Part shown: piece after piece, positions 10,351 to 23,684 of the stretch
Layout of the letters: each line of letters begins with the position of its first letter
How positions within the stretch are numbered: position 1 is the first letter of the stretch
Origin: Lepidodermella squamata
Lineage: Eukaryota > Animalia > Gastrotricha
Direction of reading: 5' to 3'
Assembly (NCBI GenBank): GCA_047495785.1
Contig: JBLDXI010000060.1
Location: 1-64,000 of the forward strand
DNA length: 64,000 nucleotides
Made by a program: the position numbers and the translations under genes
The notes under the pieces: generated by a model
Told to the model about the DNA's origin: nothing
Seen by the model: the letters and a program-made list of their open reading frames with translations, nothing else
Databases searched by the model: none

Positions 10351-12648
10351 GGATTTTGGCTACATTTAAGAATTTTTATAATTTATAAATCGATCGTTTC
10401 TATTTTTCCAGAAGGAGAATTGCATAGATCAGGTGTCAGCCAAAAATTCGATTGCGAAATCGCGATTACTTGATACCTCAAAATTTCAGTTTTAAATCAC
10501 CTAGCTGTGACTTGTTAACAGCGCCCATAAAATTTGCACACAAAAATAAAAACAGCGCTCACTCGAGTTTAAGTTAAAATGATGACGCAACAACCGAAGC
10601 AATTAACATCGATAATTACGAAGTAGCTCGTGTAAATGCGACGATATTTGGGTGGCAAAAAACAAGGGAAGGAAGAGAAACTGGATTAAAGAACAATGGT
10701 CCTTATCGGTAAGAAAATGTAGACGACGTATGAGCCAGGTTTTAGTCGTAGTTCAATTGCGAAAAGGACTCGATCGAACGATGCATTTCCAAAGCCTTCG
10801 TAGGTAACCCTATCGGCGCCTATACTGAACCGAACTAAAGTCAAAACAGCAGTTGGAGATATGAATGGAGCATCTGTAGTGTCAGTGATGTTGCAATAAC
10901 ATCAATTCAAAGCCATCGTAGAACATTTGTTTGATCGCTGGACTCAAATATTACTGGGTATTTTTGGGTGTCGAATGGAAATTTTTCGATATTTTTCGAT
11001 TGTATACTAATCATAGCTTTCGAAGTTTTCGAAACTTGAAATGAATTGCAATTTCATAGATTGGAAGGTTAATGTCTGATGCGTGGCTACCCGCAGAAGG
11101 GTTGACCGAGAACAACGGCTGCTCACGTCGGCGTAAACCAAAGTCGGCAATACTAGTCAGATGAAAAAAACACATGGCTGGCTTGCACTCAAGGAGATGA
11201 TCTGCTCATTTTCATCGCCCCCCACCGTCTGGACGGCTCATCATGTCTAAGCCAAGCATCACAATAGTCGGCTATTGTCGTGCTCTCTTGGCTGGTAAGC
11301 TTATTATACTCTCAACACGCATGGCAGTGGATGGAAAAAACGCGCGCGTCAAACGCCGCTTGGTAGCCTGTTATAGTCATAAATTTAAGAGACCGATTTT
11401 CGGTCATGCCTCACTCCACAACGCATGGAGCATAGGCACACAAAACACAAGAATTTTTCCATCGGTCTCAAACTTTGCAAATCGTTTAGTTTTATCAAAT
11501 TTATCAAGTTGAGAAATGATAAAAGATAAAAAAGAAGATTTCCAGATTTTAGAACTTGGCGACCACGTAGAATCGAACCCGAGACGGACGCAGAAATAGA
11601 TAGCGCCATTCAAACATGCCTCTGCTGAAGAATTTGCGGGTATATTGGACATGTTTGATTTTGCGTTGCGTAATGTTCGATGAGTAAAAATGTGTTTTTA
11701 AATTTATCGCTGGTTTGGGGCGATAAGTATGAGATACAATGTGTTTAAAAAAAATGCCCTTGTCTGAATTTGAACAAAATATGACCCATGCAGTGTCGGT
11801 CTATACCTTTGTCACAGTCATATTCGATAGATTTTAACACTGCCAAAAATAGATTGCGAGATCCGATATTTGAATCCAAATCCTGGGTCTGTCTATGTTG
11901 TTATTCATCGGTCTACTGATTTCCTGCCTGGGTTAGTATACAGGCATGTAGGCATGCATGGCAGATGGCAGTTTATCTCCATCTTTGTGGGTATACAAAT
12001 ATCGTCCACGCGAATTAACGCTGCGTGATACTTGTGGCTGAGTTAAACGTGTCCAAGCAGCCGCGTCTGCCGGCATGAGTATTATCCACTGATCGACAAA
12101 AAAGCGTCAGACTTGTCGCCGCCATCACATGAGCTGGCGGCATGAGTTCGGGTCACCAGACAATAATCTCAAAAAAGATGTAATTAACGCCACTATCGTC
12201 ATTTAAGTTTTTTTACTTTTGAAATGCCTCGTCTAGTCTTTGAAGGCGAGCATTGCTTTAGTTTCTCCAAGTGATATTGTTCTTGATTGTTCTCATAGTA
12301 TTCAGCAAATGTTCTTTCCATCGGCCTCGCGCTAGCCTACAGCAGCTATTGCTGTTCACAAGTATATCGGCTCCAGGAGCAGATTTCTCCATCACCACAT
12401 GAGGTGAATGGCCACACTGTGATTCTTACAAAAACGGAACATTCGATACAGCCGGACTTTAGCACCCAGTTAACACGCGGGCTGGGAGGTGTGTTGAATG
12501 ATCCGAGAACACCGATCGCCAATCGGAGAGATATGCCGGATTTTGGTTTTATGAATGATTTACGAGTATCAACTCGATCAGAGCTACTGTAGCACTTTAT
12601 CTTTTCATCGAATGCTACTTTTAGAAATTAGCTTTAACAATTTTAGAA

Positions 12649-15387
12649 ATGCTGCTGCTGTTTCTAGCGACAGGTATATTTTTCATTACTTTTGCTATCT
12701 TATTTTATTTTTGGTTTTTCTACCATTCAAAGGCTCATTCATAATTGGCTGTTGCTTTGGCTGCGCTCCATCGCAGCAGAAAATCGTTCTTGTGAGTTTC
12801 TTCATTCAAGGCTCTCTCCAACTAACTCACTTTTGGAAAGCCAGAATTGCGCCAATGGGGGAACTTATGATTCTACGGCTACTGCATGCCAATGCGCGTC
12901 CGGTTATAGTGGCACGCTGTGTGACAAGTGTAAGTTCTACTGACGGCGTTAAAAGCGATTGCAAAAGACTCGAACGCCATTTTTCGCCTGTAGATTCGTG
13001 TTCGAATTGTAAAAATGGGGCCACGTGTGATGGCCCGAACCATTGCAAGTGTCCAAATGGCTGGCGGGGACCGAACTGTGACGAATGTTAGTTGCTTCTC
13101 TTCCAAACGAGCAAATGAAAGTTAAAATGTCGGTTTATCTGACTAGTTTACTGCGGTGAACCGTGGTGTTGGAATGGCGGGACCTGCATCGGCCCCAACA
13201 CATGTAGCTGCCCTCCCTCTTACACAAGCTCGAATTGCAGTACGCGTAAATTGAGCTAATATTATTCCATTCATCAGGCCACACCCCCGATATTTTCCAA
13301 CTTCATTCATCTTTTATTCTAACTATTTTCAGCTATTTGCTCACAACAATGTCGGAACGGTGGCGCTTGCTCAGCCCCGAATACATGCCAATGCGCATAT
13401 GGCTGGACCGGCGACGACTGCACCACATGTAATCTGCTCAGCGAATGGAAGCGAATGTTGTTCTCATATTTTTCACATTTTTTCAGTCACTTGCAGCGAT
13501 ACGTGCAAGAACGGTGGTGATTGCATAGCATCGAATACTTGTTCTTGCAAGAGCGGCTGGAGCGGACCCACATGCACGCAATGTAAGTGATATTTGTTCT
13601 CACTTTACTTCACTTTTTTGGTAACTTCAATTTCAGTTTCCTGTTCAACTCCTTGCCAAAATGGCGGCACGTGCACTGGCCCAAATACATGCACTTGCAC
13701 TCCTGCATGGAAGGGTTCCGATTGCACTACAGGTAAATTGACATCTTTTCATTCATTACTAATTCCTTAGCCACGCAGTAAAAGCAACCTGCTTTCACTA
13801 TCCCTTGATGATGTGATAGAAATAACTTCAAAATTGCAATCTCACGGCTTCGAATCGTGATGAAAAACCTTTGTATAAAAACTACTGGAACAATAGGCAC
13901 AGAATGCTTATCCATGCCATTTCGTGGATTAATCTTAAATATTTCCAGCGCAAGTATGTTCACCGTCATGCCTGAACGGTGGTACATGCATCGCCAATGG
14001 TGCCTCTACAAAATGTTCCTGCCCGCCCGGCGCTAGTGGTCCCACATGTACATGTAAGTTTATTTTAAAGTTTTATTTAAACCTGTAAATAGGTTAACTA
14101 TTACTTGCACTTATCAATTCCCGTGTGAATTATTTGTGTTTCGACAGACGTTTTCAAAGCTACTGGTAGCCAGACGACTTTCCCGAACGCCATACGTGCG
14201 TGCCGTGCCGGCAACAGGGCGGTGTCCTCGCGAAACTTACGACCAATGCCAAATACCAGGAGGCGCGGACTCTCGCTGGTACAAACAACTTTTATGTGGA
14301 CATGAGTAAATGGGTGTGGCCTGATGGTTCGGTATTACTTTCTGATCTTGCTGACGATGCTGCTGCCTCGAAGACCACGCCCGGCTGGTATGTATCCGGA
14401 GAGCCCGCTGATAATACTGATTGTAAGTTGAAACTAATTGGCAACCTAACTCAGGACACTTGAGTCTACAAAGTCATTACTATCCTATCTTTTCTGTAAC
14501 ACTCTAGGAAAGACCTGATTTACTTATCATTATTCTAGGTGTTTATTTGGCGTCAGACGGTACATGGACTGGCTATCGCACTGTAGCATGCTCTACAGCT
14601 CTTCTGGCTGTTACGGCGTGCCAAAACAGCGTAAGTCACTCACACAGAAAAAGGTGCCCGAGTGCCGGGAATCATTTTTTCACTACGGCAAATGTTCACG
14701 ATTGTAATGCAAATTCTGAAAATATTACAGGCCGGTGTTGTGACAATCACACCGGGCGCTTCTTTGTCGTGGAATCAAAACCAGGCGGCGTGCGGAACAT
14801 CAGGCGGGACAATGCTGAACTTGAAAACGAAGGTGGCCTACGGGCAGGTTGTCGCCGCAATGAATGCGCAGTCGGTGACAGGCATCTACGTCGGCGCGAG
14901 TCGAGTTCCGATATCGCAAGGAGGTGAGTTATCGTGGGAAGCAACGCCGCCGATGTTTAGTAAACTATATGTTTTCCTTAGCTTACACCTTTATAGATGG
15001 CGACGCTATACCGCTAAACAGTGTGACGCCGCCATGGTACACGACTGAACCGACCAATGAACTCAAAAGTCCCTGTAAGTTTGAAATTTGTCATAACTCT
15101 GTATCTAGTTTTGGGTGAGTTGACGGATTTCAAATTGCAAAAGTGTCAGAGATTTCCATGATATCGACCTTTCGGGAAGTTTACTTTCCTGCTCACTATG
15201 ACATTCGTGTTGAGCCAATGTTATTATTCGTGTTAAGCCGATCAAATGTGTGATTCCACAAAGGCTCAATATTTAGCTTAACTTGTTTCTATTCTGATTT
15301 GTAGGTGTATCATCAGATAGCACTAACCGGATGTATACGAGTTCTTGCCTGAACAATATTTACATATTCTGCACGTGGCCAAGCTAA
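12649..15387 (+). CDS. Secreted 7x EGF-like + 2x C-type lectin protein (multi-exon; frameshifted in the first CTL exon in this sequence)
   Basis: Signal peptide MLLLFLATGSFIIGCCFG. Seven short EGF exons (CxNGGxC..CxCxxGWxGxxC) between 12845 and 14052. CTL exons (ACRQQGGVLAKL..WVWPDG..WY..EP..C; WNQNQAACGTSGGTML..WYTTEP..C). A TGCCG duplication at 14201-14210 shifts the frame. Stop TAA at 15385-15387. Confidence 0.85.
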
Positions 15388-15796
15388 AACGTCAAGATTG
15401 CATTTTGGTCGCTTGATGGAAGAACTGAAAAAGGACTGGAATCATGCTTAATACCGAATGTTTTTATTGATCAATTTGTGTAGCGGCTGAGTGATATTTT
15501 TGATAATGTAAATAATATGAATATTCAGCACGTTAGATGCTATATAATCTATAATCTATCAGACTTGTTATTTGTTAACTTGACCGTATTGATAGTGATC
15601 AAGTTTGCGTTTCCTTTAACTTCTAAATCAATATTGCCGATCAATATATTTCCAGTTTATGGTGGAATAGCCAAGCATCATACCGCTTCTTAATAAAATG
15701 ATGAATACGAAGCTGCTTCGTTTCGCTGTTAAGCTACAGACAGTCGAGTTTATTCATTTTTTCTTAATTAAGGTGACGGCTATGAGAATAAACAGT

Positions 15797-18700
15797 CTAG
15801 AAAAAGATGGGAATCAAAGCTAACACGAGGCTGAAACCAGTTAGGACAGGATTAGTTCCTGAAGATGGCGTTTCTTTCGATGGCGGGTTCGCTTTCTCGC
15901 TCTTCGAAGGTGCAATGTTAACAGGTGATCTCAGATTTGCGACTGTGCTCCCGATCAAAGGTCCCGATGCTTTCACCAGGGTTGATCCGCCTAATCGAGA
16001 AGCACTGAGGCCGTTTAACAGCTGCACTGCATTTGTTTTCAGTTTCTCCGTTGCAGCGCTAACCTTTTCAGCTATTTCTTTCTCCGTGAGTTGCGTCAAA
16101 CTTCTAAGAGCCACAATGTAGTCCGATATTATGCTGCCCTTTCTGAAACCAGTTATTTTGACATATTGCACCTCTCCGCCCAAGTCTTTTGCTGATTTGT
16201 TGGTAAGATCTTCGAGGAGAGGCTGCATGTAGTTCGCCATAGCTTTGAATACATCAGAACCAGACTGGTTGAGCTTAGGATCCCATGGCTCGGAAGACAC
16301 CGTGAGATTCTGCCCAGGTATTGTGATGTTGTCGCCGTAAACTTTGAGAGACATGTCCAAGTCGTAGTTGAAACTGGCTGTAGTGGTAACCCCTTTCTTA
16401 GTAGCAGTTGTTGAACTTATAGAAGTGATTGAAGTTAGATTATTGGTAGCAGTAGTAGTTGTTGTATTAGTTGTAGTAGCAGTCTTAGTAGTAGACGTAG
16501 GAGTATCGGTGTTTACAGACATAGGCTCAGTCGTTGGCGTGACTTCGGATGTAGTCTCAAAATCAGTGGTTGTAGGTAAATCTGTAGGCTGTTGAGAAGT
16601 TGTCTCACCTGACCCAACTCCTGAAGAATCTGTGGAGCCCTCGGTTGAAACCGTGTCAGGAGAATTAGTTGTGGTAACAATCGGAATCTCCTCTGTAGAA
16701 GTTGTCACTGGAATGCTTTGCGATGCAGTCGATACCGAAGTAACCGATGTTGTGGACCAACTTGAGGCCGTTGAGTGTGAAGTCGTTGAAGTTGTAGAGG
16801 TGCTTGTTGTCACGACAGGACCATCGGTGTAGAATTTGATTTGATACAGGTAGGGAAACAATGGAGCCGTTTGGCTGTAGTGCCCCCAGATCGCGGCCAT
16901 ACCGATGTAGAGGGGAGAGGTTATTTTTGCGAAGCTGGAGAAGCTTGCCTTTAGCACGCTTTCAAAAGTCATCCCACTCCTCGAATGGACGTAGAATACA
17001 TCGCCGATCTTATCAATGGCAACCATCACAGGATACTGTGAGGTTGCACTGATTTTCTCAGCCAGTGGTGTCGGGAGGGCAGTTCGGATGTCTATCAGAC
17101 TGGCATTTCCATACAGAGCGAATCTTGATGGCGTAGAATATCGAACAAGCAACCCACTAAAACTCGATCGGTTCAAGCCAACTGGGCTATCAGCAGGGTG
17201 AAACGAATTAGTTTTCGACGGCGTAACATAGAACTCATAATCGCCCAATGATTTATCACCAATGAAATGAAATTCAACACGCCAATTCTTGGTAGCAGAA
17301 GTAATTGGCTAGAAAACTGAAGGTGTAATCATATGTAGATACGAATAACAATCATAATTTACTTCAAACAACCAGACAGCGCCTTGTTGATTCAAAAATG
17401 CAAGCCGGGTTGTTAAACCATTCTCTGTGAGAACTGCAGCTCCACGGCGGAAATGCTTATCTGAATAAGAGACATAGTATAGGAAAACGAAAAAATCGGA
17501 GATAAATAATGGCTGACTCGTATTGGCTATGTGAAGCGATCGATAGGTGTCGTAGGTCCAAGCACAATTCGAGCAGCCTGTTAACGTACCAGCTGGGTAG
17601 AATGTAGCTGGAATAAATAAAGTTAAAGTGAACCTCAACAATCAAATATCCTCATCACCATTCATGCAATGCTTATATAGAACTTCGGAATAGCTGGACA
17701 TGTTCGAGTTGAAAAACATGACGCAAGACGTTATTGAATCACTTCCCTCATTAGAAGACGTTCTGCGAGAAAAAGGTTTGAAGTTCGATGATCAAGCGCG
17801 ATGTTACCTACCCTTTTCCAAGATAAACGTCCAGCTGATGTTCCGGCAAAATGCCAGAGAAGGATGTTTTGTAGGATCTGTAGGTCGTCGAGCCCGCGGT
17901 TGTTAGAGCAGTGATTGTAATCGCCGAATTCTCAACAGTGACCAGAAGAAATACCCAATCATTTGCTACATATTTCAAATGATCGGCGTAGGCTTTATCG
18001 GGCCCACTTGCTGCGCCAAATTGATTGCCATTTCTGAATATTTGAATTCTCTGCCCACCACTAGATTCTATTGCCATTAATTCCCCATTGTTTGCCGGCT
18101 GGAAATAGAGACAGAATGACCAAACAGGGCCTCCAACTCCAGTGAGCCCAGTCGCGCTGAGGTATTTTGGGGATTTGAACGTAGTAGATCCAACTTTATA
18201 CCCTGAGTGAGCTAATTCTGTGATTTTCACCGGTGGATTTACGAAAGCTGCACTCCCAACCGCCTTGAAGCTCGGCGTGCCAGCGGTCAGTGGCAACAAC
18301 CGCGTATCCCAACCAAGCGGCCAATAAGCGACAAGTTTCGACTCGCTAAATGCTTCAATTTTGCCGCAACGGAATCCTGTTGGGTCGGGTTGATATTTTC
18401 CGTTGAGGCACGTCGTCTGGCGATAAGATCCATCTGGGCAGATGAAAACTCTCACGACAGTATGATCAGGTAAAGATTTATCTGGCATCATGGTGTCAAA
18501 AGATGTCCAGACCTTTTCCGAGTTCGTGCTGATCATGTAGCCGTAAAATTTCAAGGTTTGATTCCACGCACAGTCTCCAGTGGGTTGATTATAAACAGCT
18601 TGCAAATAATTTAAAATAATCGCCTTGAACAATCGAAAAATAAGTAGTTACCTTTGCAGTCAATGGTGTTTGTCCACCAACCGTTGTCGCTGCAACGACC

Positions 18701-18940
18701 CAACAAATCGAATTTGTTAGAACTCCTGGAGCACAATACCTTCACGGTTGTTCCGTAAATGAAAGATAATTCTTCCCCTAGCTTGAAACTCGCGGGGGTG
18801 CTCGATAGAAATGATAAACCTTGAGAGGCTCCATTTGCTGAAAACCCGCTGCTCGTCTGGCAAGTTGATGTATTCCATTTGCATTCCTCAATAGCTCCAG
18901 CAGTTGCAATGTAAAACAAGAAAAAGCGTAAATCGCACAT
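15797..18940 (-). CDS. SEA-family paralogue B: signal peptide, 2 CCP-like, LamG/pentraxin-like, L-type-lectin-like, Thr-rich mucin stalk, SEA, GPI-signal-like C-terminus
   Basis: About 6 exons with short GT-AG introns. Motifs LVAYWPL, RLAFLNQQGAVW..WRVEFHF, a long S/T tract, ITGFRKGSIISDYIV (SEA G/S cleavage motif) and a hydrophobic C-terminus with no cytoplasmic tail. Confidence 0.85.
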
Positions 18941-19482
18941 CGCATTCGGTATCCGATATTCGCATAGAGGTTCAATCTGAATTTTCACCAAGAAATCACT
19001 TTAAAAATACACATCGCCTGAAAGTTTGCTAACAATTAAAGCCTTTGCCAACCTGAAAGCGCACGTGCCAAGGCAATATGTAACACGGGTTAGCAAGTTA
19101 CTCGTGATTTAAATTAACTGTTTTGCAGGAAAATTTCATTTAAAATTGCCAAGTAAACTTATCATTAATTTCTAGATTTCTCGACGGACGTTAAAAGCGG
19201 CTTCGATTATTTGCACATCGTCTGGAATTATCCCGTATATCGCATCGTTATCATATTGCATAATGCCGCATGAATAAAAAACGTTTTAAACCTCGAAGAC
19301 CTCAGAAAGACCTTGATCAGAAAAGTTTCAGAACAAGCGAGGGGTCAAATTGAGGACAAACAATACGCGGCTCGATCACTGTGGTTGCGAAGCGAAATTC
19401 CATCTCTTTTGTTTTATTTGTTTCAGAAAACTACCAAGTAATATTCAATGAGAACATATGAAGGGCATTCCGCGTTCTTATC

Positions 19483-20671
19483 TCAGGAATGACGAAATAT
19501 GCGGGCAAATATTATTGAGTCGACAATTAGCAAGATTATGCCACCTCCTCCATAGAAAATCACGTCTAAAATCCTGATGATCTGTAGAGTTGGTAAGTAT
19601 TTGAGGCTACCGAACATCGTGCGTCGGTACCACGGCTTAGCTGCTAAACATAGGGAGGCCAAAGCGTAGAATGACAGTATGACTCCGGCTGAGAGCTGAG
19701 CTGTAACAAAACACACAGCGTAAGGAATTACGCTCGTCTTTGGTATCATATCCACAATGCTTGTTTGCAGTACAGAAAAAGCGAGCAATAGGGTGACGCA
19801 AAACATTGCGCGATCCGTCTCTCCGGGCTCGATCAAAACTGATCCGAACAGCAGAGCCGAAAGGGCGAAACTCGGGAAGAAAATGTTGACTACGTAAGAG
19901 CCAGGTTTGCGGCGTATTTCGATTTCGAAAAATACACGATCGAACGATGCATTTCCAAAGCCTTCGTAGGTAGCCCTTTCTGCCCCAATTCCGAACCTGA
20001 CTAATGACCAAACAGCGGTTGGAGATATGAATGGAGCGTCTGCGGTGTCAGTGATATTGCAATAAGTTCTATTCAACGTCATCGTTTGAATATCGGTTTG
20101 ATCGCTGGATTCGAATATCACTGGGCATTTTTGAGTATCGAAAGGAAATTTTTCAAGACTGAAAAATGCTGGTTACTCATGAATATATAGAGATTTTGCG
20201 ACTGACTTACTCGAGCAAGCAGAATGTAGATAGCCCGACACTTGTGACCATGGTTGTATATCCAGAACTATAGAACGTGAAACCAGCAGAATTGTCGTAG
20301 GGTTCTCGCATCGAAGTTGCCGAGTCGGCATTGATAAGGACAACTGAAGGATTCCAGGTTTCCGATGTGTCAACTCGAAATTGCCGGGTATCACCCCAGT
20401 CTTTCGGATCCCATCTGACACACGGGTGCTGGTAGGCTATCGAAAAAATCAGCAGAGTATTGAGCCTCTCTTCGCGCTCATCGAGTTGCCGTAACCGAAT
20501 GGGATTGAAGATGAAGCTCAGCTCAATGGCATCACTCCCGCGTTTCACAGGCCTAGCTTCTGTGAGAATGCTGCAGCTGTTTGCAAAATGTTGCTTCAAT
20601 AGTTCTTCATGGGGAATAAACGAGAGCACACCGTCGGAGATTATCAATATGAAAAGCAGGTTAGAAAACAT
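19483..20671 (-). CDS. Divergent Cys-loop pentameric ligand-gated ion channel subunit (non-alpha nAChR-like), about 378 aa
   Basis: Exons are 20671-20211 and 20158-19483 (52-nt intron). Signal peptide, RPV, WxP, Cys-loop CLLDLEKFPFDTQKC, IRRKP-M1, M2 DRAMFCVTLLLAFSVLQ..IPKTS, then M3 and M4. Confidence 0.9.
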
Positions 20672-22078
20672 TGCTTTTTCTCAGCTCAATTACTGGTTGT
20701 ATATCTTCTGCTGCCAGGCATGCCGCCATGAATTTTTCAATAAAGCAAATCAATTATACTTATTTGCAGCTACATGCAAACATATCACGTGTTTGTGTAG
20801 ATTCTCCAGAATAATTAAAATTTTGCATTTAGCGAGTTGCAGCCGCAATTGTTTGCCATATTTCTATAAATATTTGCGGAAGTAGAGTTCTTAATTACTT
20901 ATCATCTACCAGGGATGCTAAAGTTTAACTTTCAGCCACCCTGAAGCTCGATGTGGTCAGATAGAGGACCTACAACAAAATGATAAATTTAAATGAAGAC
21001 CCTGATAGCCTAGCACTCGGGCAGGGGCTCGGGCAGTCAAACTAGAATTTATTGCAACTGAAATGTGGTTTCGTTCCCTCGTCATGCAGTTGTATGTCTC
21101 GTCGTTTTTGCCCTGGTGAGGCGTACGATTCCGTTCCCAGCGACCTATATGCCAAAATTTCAACTAATAAAGGCCCTACATTTCGACCTGTCTCGGGTCA
21201 TTTACCAATTTAGAATTTACGCATCTTTCATTGTAAATGCTTACAACACCATTATAATTTTCCAAATGTTGAGCTTGTAATAATCTCTTAGTTCTGAGTG
21301 TTGTAGTAGTCCCATCCTATTTTAGGCAAGCCAGCACTCCTGTGTCTCAGCCAAAGACCAAATGGAGGATCCTTATATCGATTTTAGCGGTCCTACTTCG
21401 TTCTATGCATTGCTTGTCTAGCGGCGTCCATACTGGTGTACCTGTTTTACCCGATCGTCATCCTCCATCCTCATAATAGGGCCTTGAAATCCAAGGCGAC
21501 ACTTTTCGACATAGGTTCAATTCGACAAGATAGCGTCGTTGAAATTGGGCTTCGCTTGCGTACCTTCGAGTTTTCGAGGCTGCAATAACACGAGTTAGGA
21601 GTTCGGAGTGGGCTCGAACGAGCACAAGCAATTCCCAGGAAGATTTTTATATGACTTTTGTGTGGTGGGTTGAACTAGGTGAATCTGAACATTTTATTTC
21701 GTAAAGCTCCATTGTGATATTCTTCATTCACAATTTTCTCACTACGCTTTTTTACAAGATGGGAGCGTGCTCCAATAGTGCAATCTCGCGAACATAAGTA
21801 TCGAATAGTGAGAAAAATAAGCGTTATTTTAAAATAGCGGCTAGTGAAAAGGCCACATCGTGTTTAGCTGATTGATTTCAAAGTGTTCTGTTGCCAATCG
21901 ATCATCAATCTTTTACGCTCAATTACATCTTCCGATGAGGAGGCAGTAGAAATTTGATATCTCATTCAAAAAAAAATTCTGTTTCTATACAGTTCCGCAG
22001 GTAAAGTATAGGTGCGGTTTATAGGCAGATTACATCTGCGCTAACACTTAATAATTTGAAAAGACTGGCAGTTGATCG

Positions 22079-23684
22079 ATGAATACGGTGATTTTCGATG
22101 AGACAGAAGCTGCAGTGGCACGTGAATTTAAACCTGAGCCGCTGCCAGATGACTTTTTCGACCTGAACTCACCGAGAGGTGAGCCATCGTCTCCAGAAAA
22201 CAATTCCGAATCCAACGCCTGCCCGACTGTTGCTGATGGCCAGCAGGCGTCGTCATCCCACGACCTCAACACAATCGACGATGTAAGTTTTATCGCTTCT
22301 CAGCTTCAGATCAAAATTTATTCAAGAACCATAGTGTTATTGTTCCTGATCAAAGATATCTAATTGGATTGACCTTAGGCATCTGCTATTTTTTTATTGA
22401 TAATGTCTCGAAGGTCCCCGCGGGCTTCATAGTACAAGAAATCAAGTTCTTTTTCATGCGTCTATCTATTTGAATTGAAATTGAGTTATGTTATGAATGC
22501 CCTATAACAGGATGTCCAAGAATTTACTGCAACTCGAAGCGATATCGATTTCAACCCTAACGAGTCAATGTCTGTCTTTGAATTCGGCAGCAGCGTCCGG
22601 CAGCAGCTGATCTCGCAGAAGTTCGTCAGAGCTGAAGATTTGTTTAAGTGCTTCCGCGCGGCTCATATCGAAGGCTACGTCAACTGGAAAATTGGCCAGA
22701 AAAAACTGGTGCAATTCGTAATTCGATGTGTTGGGTGCTTCGAAACGTCAACCCCGGTAAGAGAACTTTCTTGCTAGTATAATACGTGGGAACTAATATT
22801 GCCTTTTTGCACTTTTGACAGTCAATTAAGTAGTTAAAGCAAAATAAAAAAGTTATTGTCTTGTTAATATTTTAACCCCAATTCGAAATAGACTCATTAT
22901 CAAATTTTAATTTCGATTTCATTTCTAGGTTCCTCCCGAAGTGTTGCGGCATTTTAGAGATGCGCTGGGTGGCCAGGAATACGATCGTAAACGGCACATT
23001 ACCATTGCTGTATTCCTTAACATGGGCGATTACGACCTGCAGGTTGCTTTCATCTTTGCTAAAGAACACGACGACAGCGCGATTCCCAACAACCGGCGTC
23101 GTGTTACTTTCGACTTGTGCAAAACGCTGGAGGCGACTGATGTCAATGATGACGAAAAGACAAAAATGATCGACATCGACAAATTGCTGCAAGCAACCCT
23201 GATTGGCTATTTTGATCTGTTGAGAATCTGCGGCTATGACACGGTACATTTCAAAGCCAGCGATCAATTTAGCCCAAAGTTGTGCGGTGATTTAATCAAC
23301 GAGGCTCTCCGAGTCGGGAAGGCTATTGAATGCAAAGTCAAGGAGAAAGGAGAATTGCATCCTGTCTACAATTTCTTCAAATGGTTACTTCACGTGGCGA
23401 AAAGTAGTAAACAGTTTGCGAAGATGCCCATGTTCGACGGTGACAATCTGATGAAAACGACTGTTGAGAAAATTATCGATTTCGAGTCAAAAGGCAAGTA
23501 CATCGAGTCGAAAATGTGGGATGCTGTTAACAGGGCGATGTGGAATTTGAAGGAATCCGAATTTGTAGTGATGCTACGCCCCATCAACGGTGTTAAACCA
23601 GAACGTTTAGCGCCGCGTTGCTATTGCGCCGAATTCTGCCAGCAAGCTCCAGATTGTTCCGAAAAGAGAGCAATGTATGTGTGA
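22079..23684 (+). CDS. Stand-alone degenerate p300/CBP-type (KAT11) acetyltransferase-domain protein, about 401 aa, 3 coding exons
   Basis: Exons are 22079-22282, 22511-22756 and 22929-23684, all phase 0 and in frame. Segments align by eye to p300 HAT: KEHDDSAIPNNRRRV ~ QEYGSDCPPPNQRRV; LIGYFDLLRICGYDTVHFKA ~ LIGYLEYVKKLGYTTGHIWA; MPMFDGD ~ LPYFEGD; KESEFVVML ~ KEVFFVIRL. Confidence 0.7.

Larger units (their letters stand above)
9205..10650. mobile_element. Old non-autonomous TIR element hosting a MITE and a SINE
   Basis: Imperfect inverted ends of about 70 bp: CGTCGCATTTACAC..TAATTATC..GTTAATT..ATCATTTT (9212-9280) versus its reverse complement at 10577-10643. Confidence 0.55.
8164..11196. 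repeat. Long inverted duplication: arms 8164-8654 and 10706-11196 (about 490 bp, near-identical)
   Basis: Direct reverse-complement match, e.g. CTCCTTGAGTGCAAGCCAGCCATG... versus ...CATGGCTGGCTTGCACTCAAGGAG. A 16-bp tandem duplication (8148-8179) sits at the left breakpoint. Confidence 0.9.

Noticed and set aside
12224-12592. Separate small gene or upstream coding exon before the EGF-lectin gene
   Set aside because: An open frame exists but I found no recognisable domain or consistent splice path.
15807-17201. Val-rich plus-strand ORFs, and similar antisense ORFs over other genes
   Set aside because: These are antisense shadows of Thr-rich or otherwise coding minus-strand exons.
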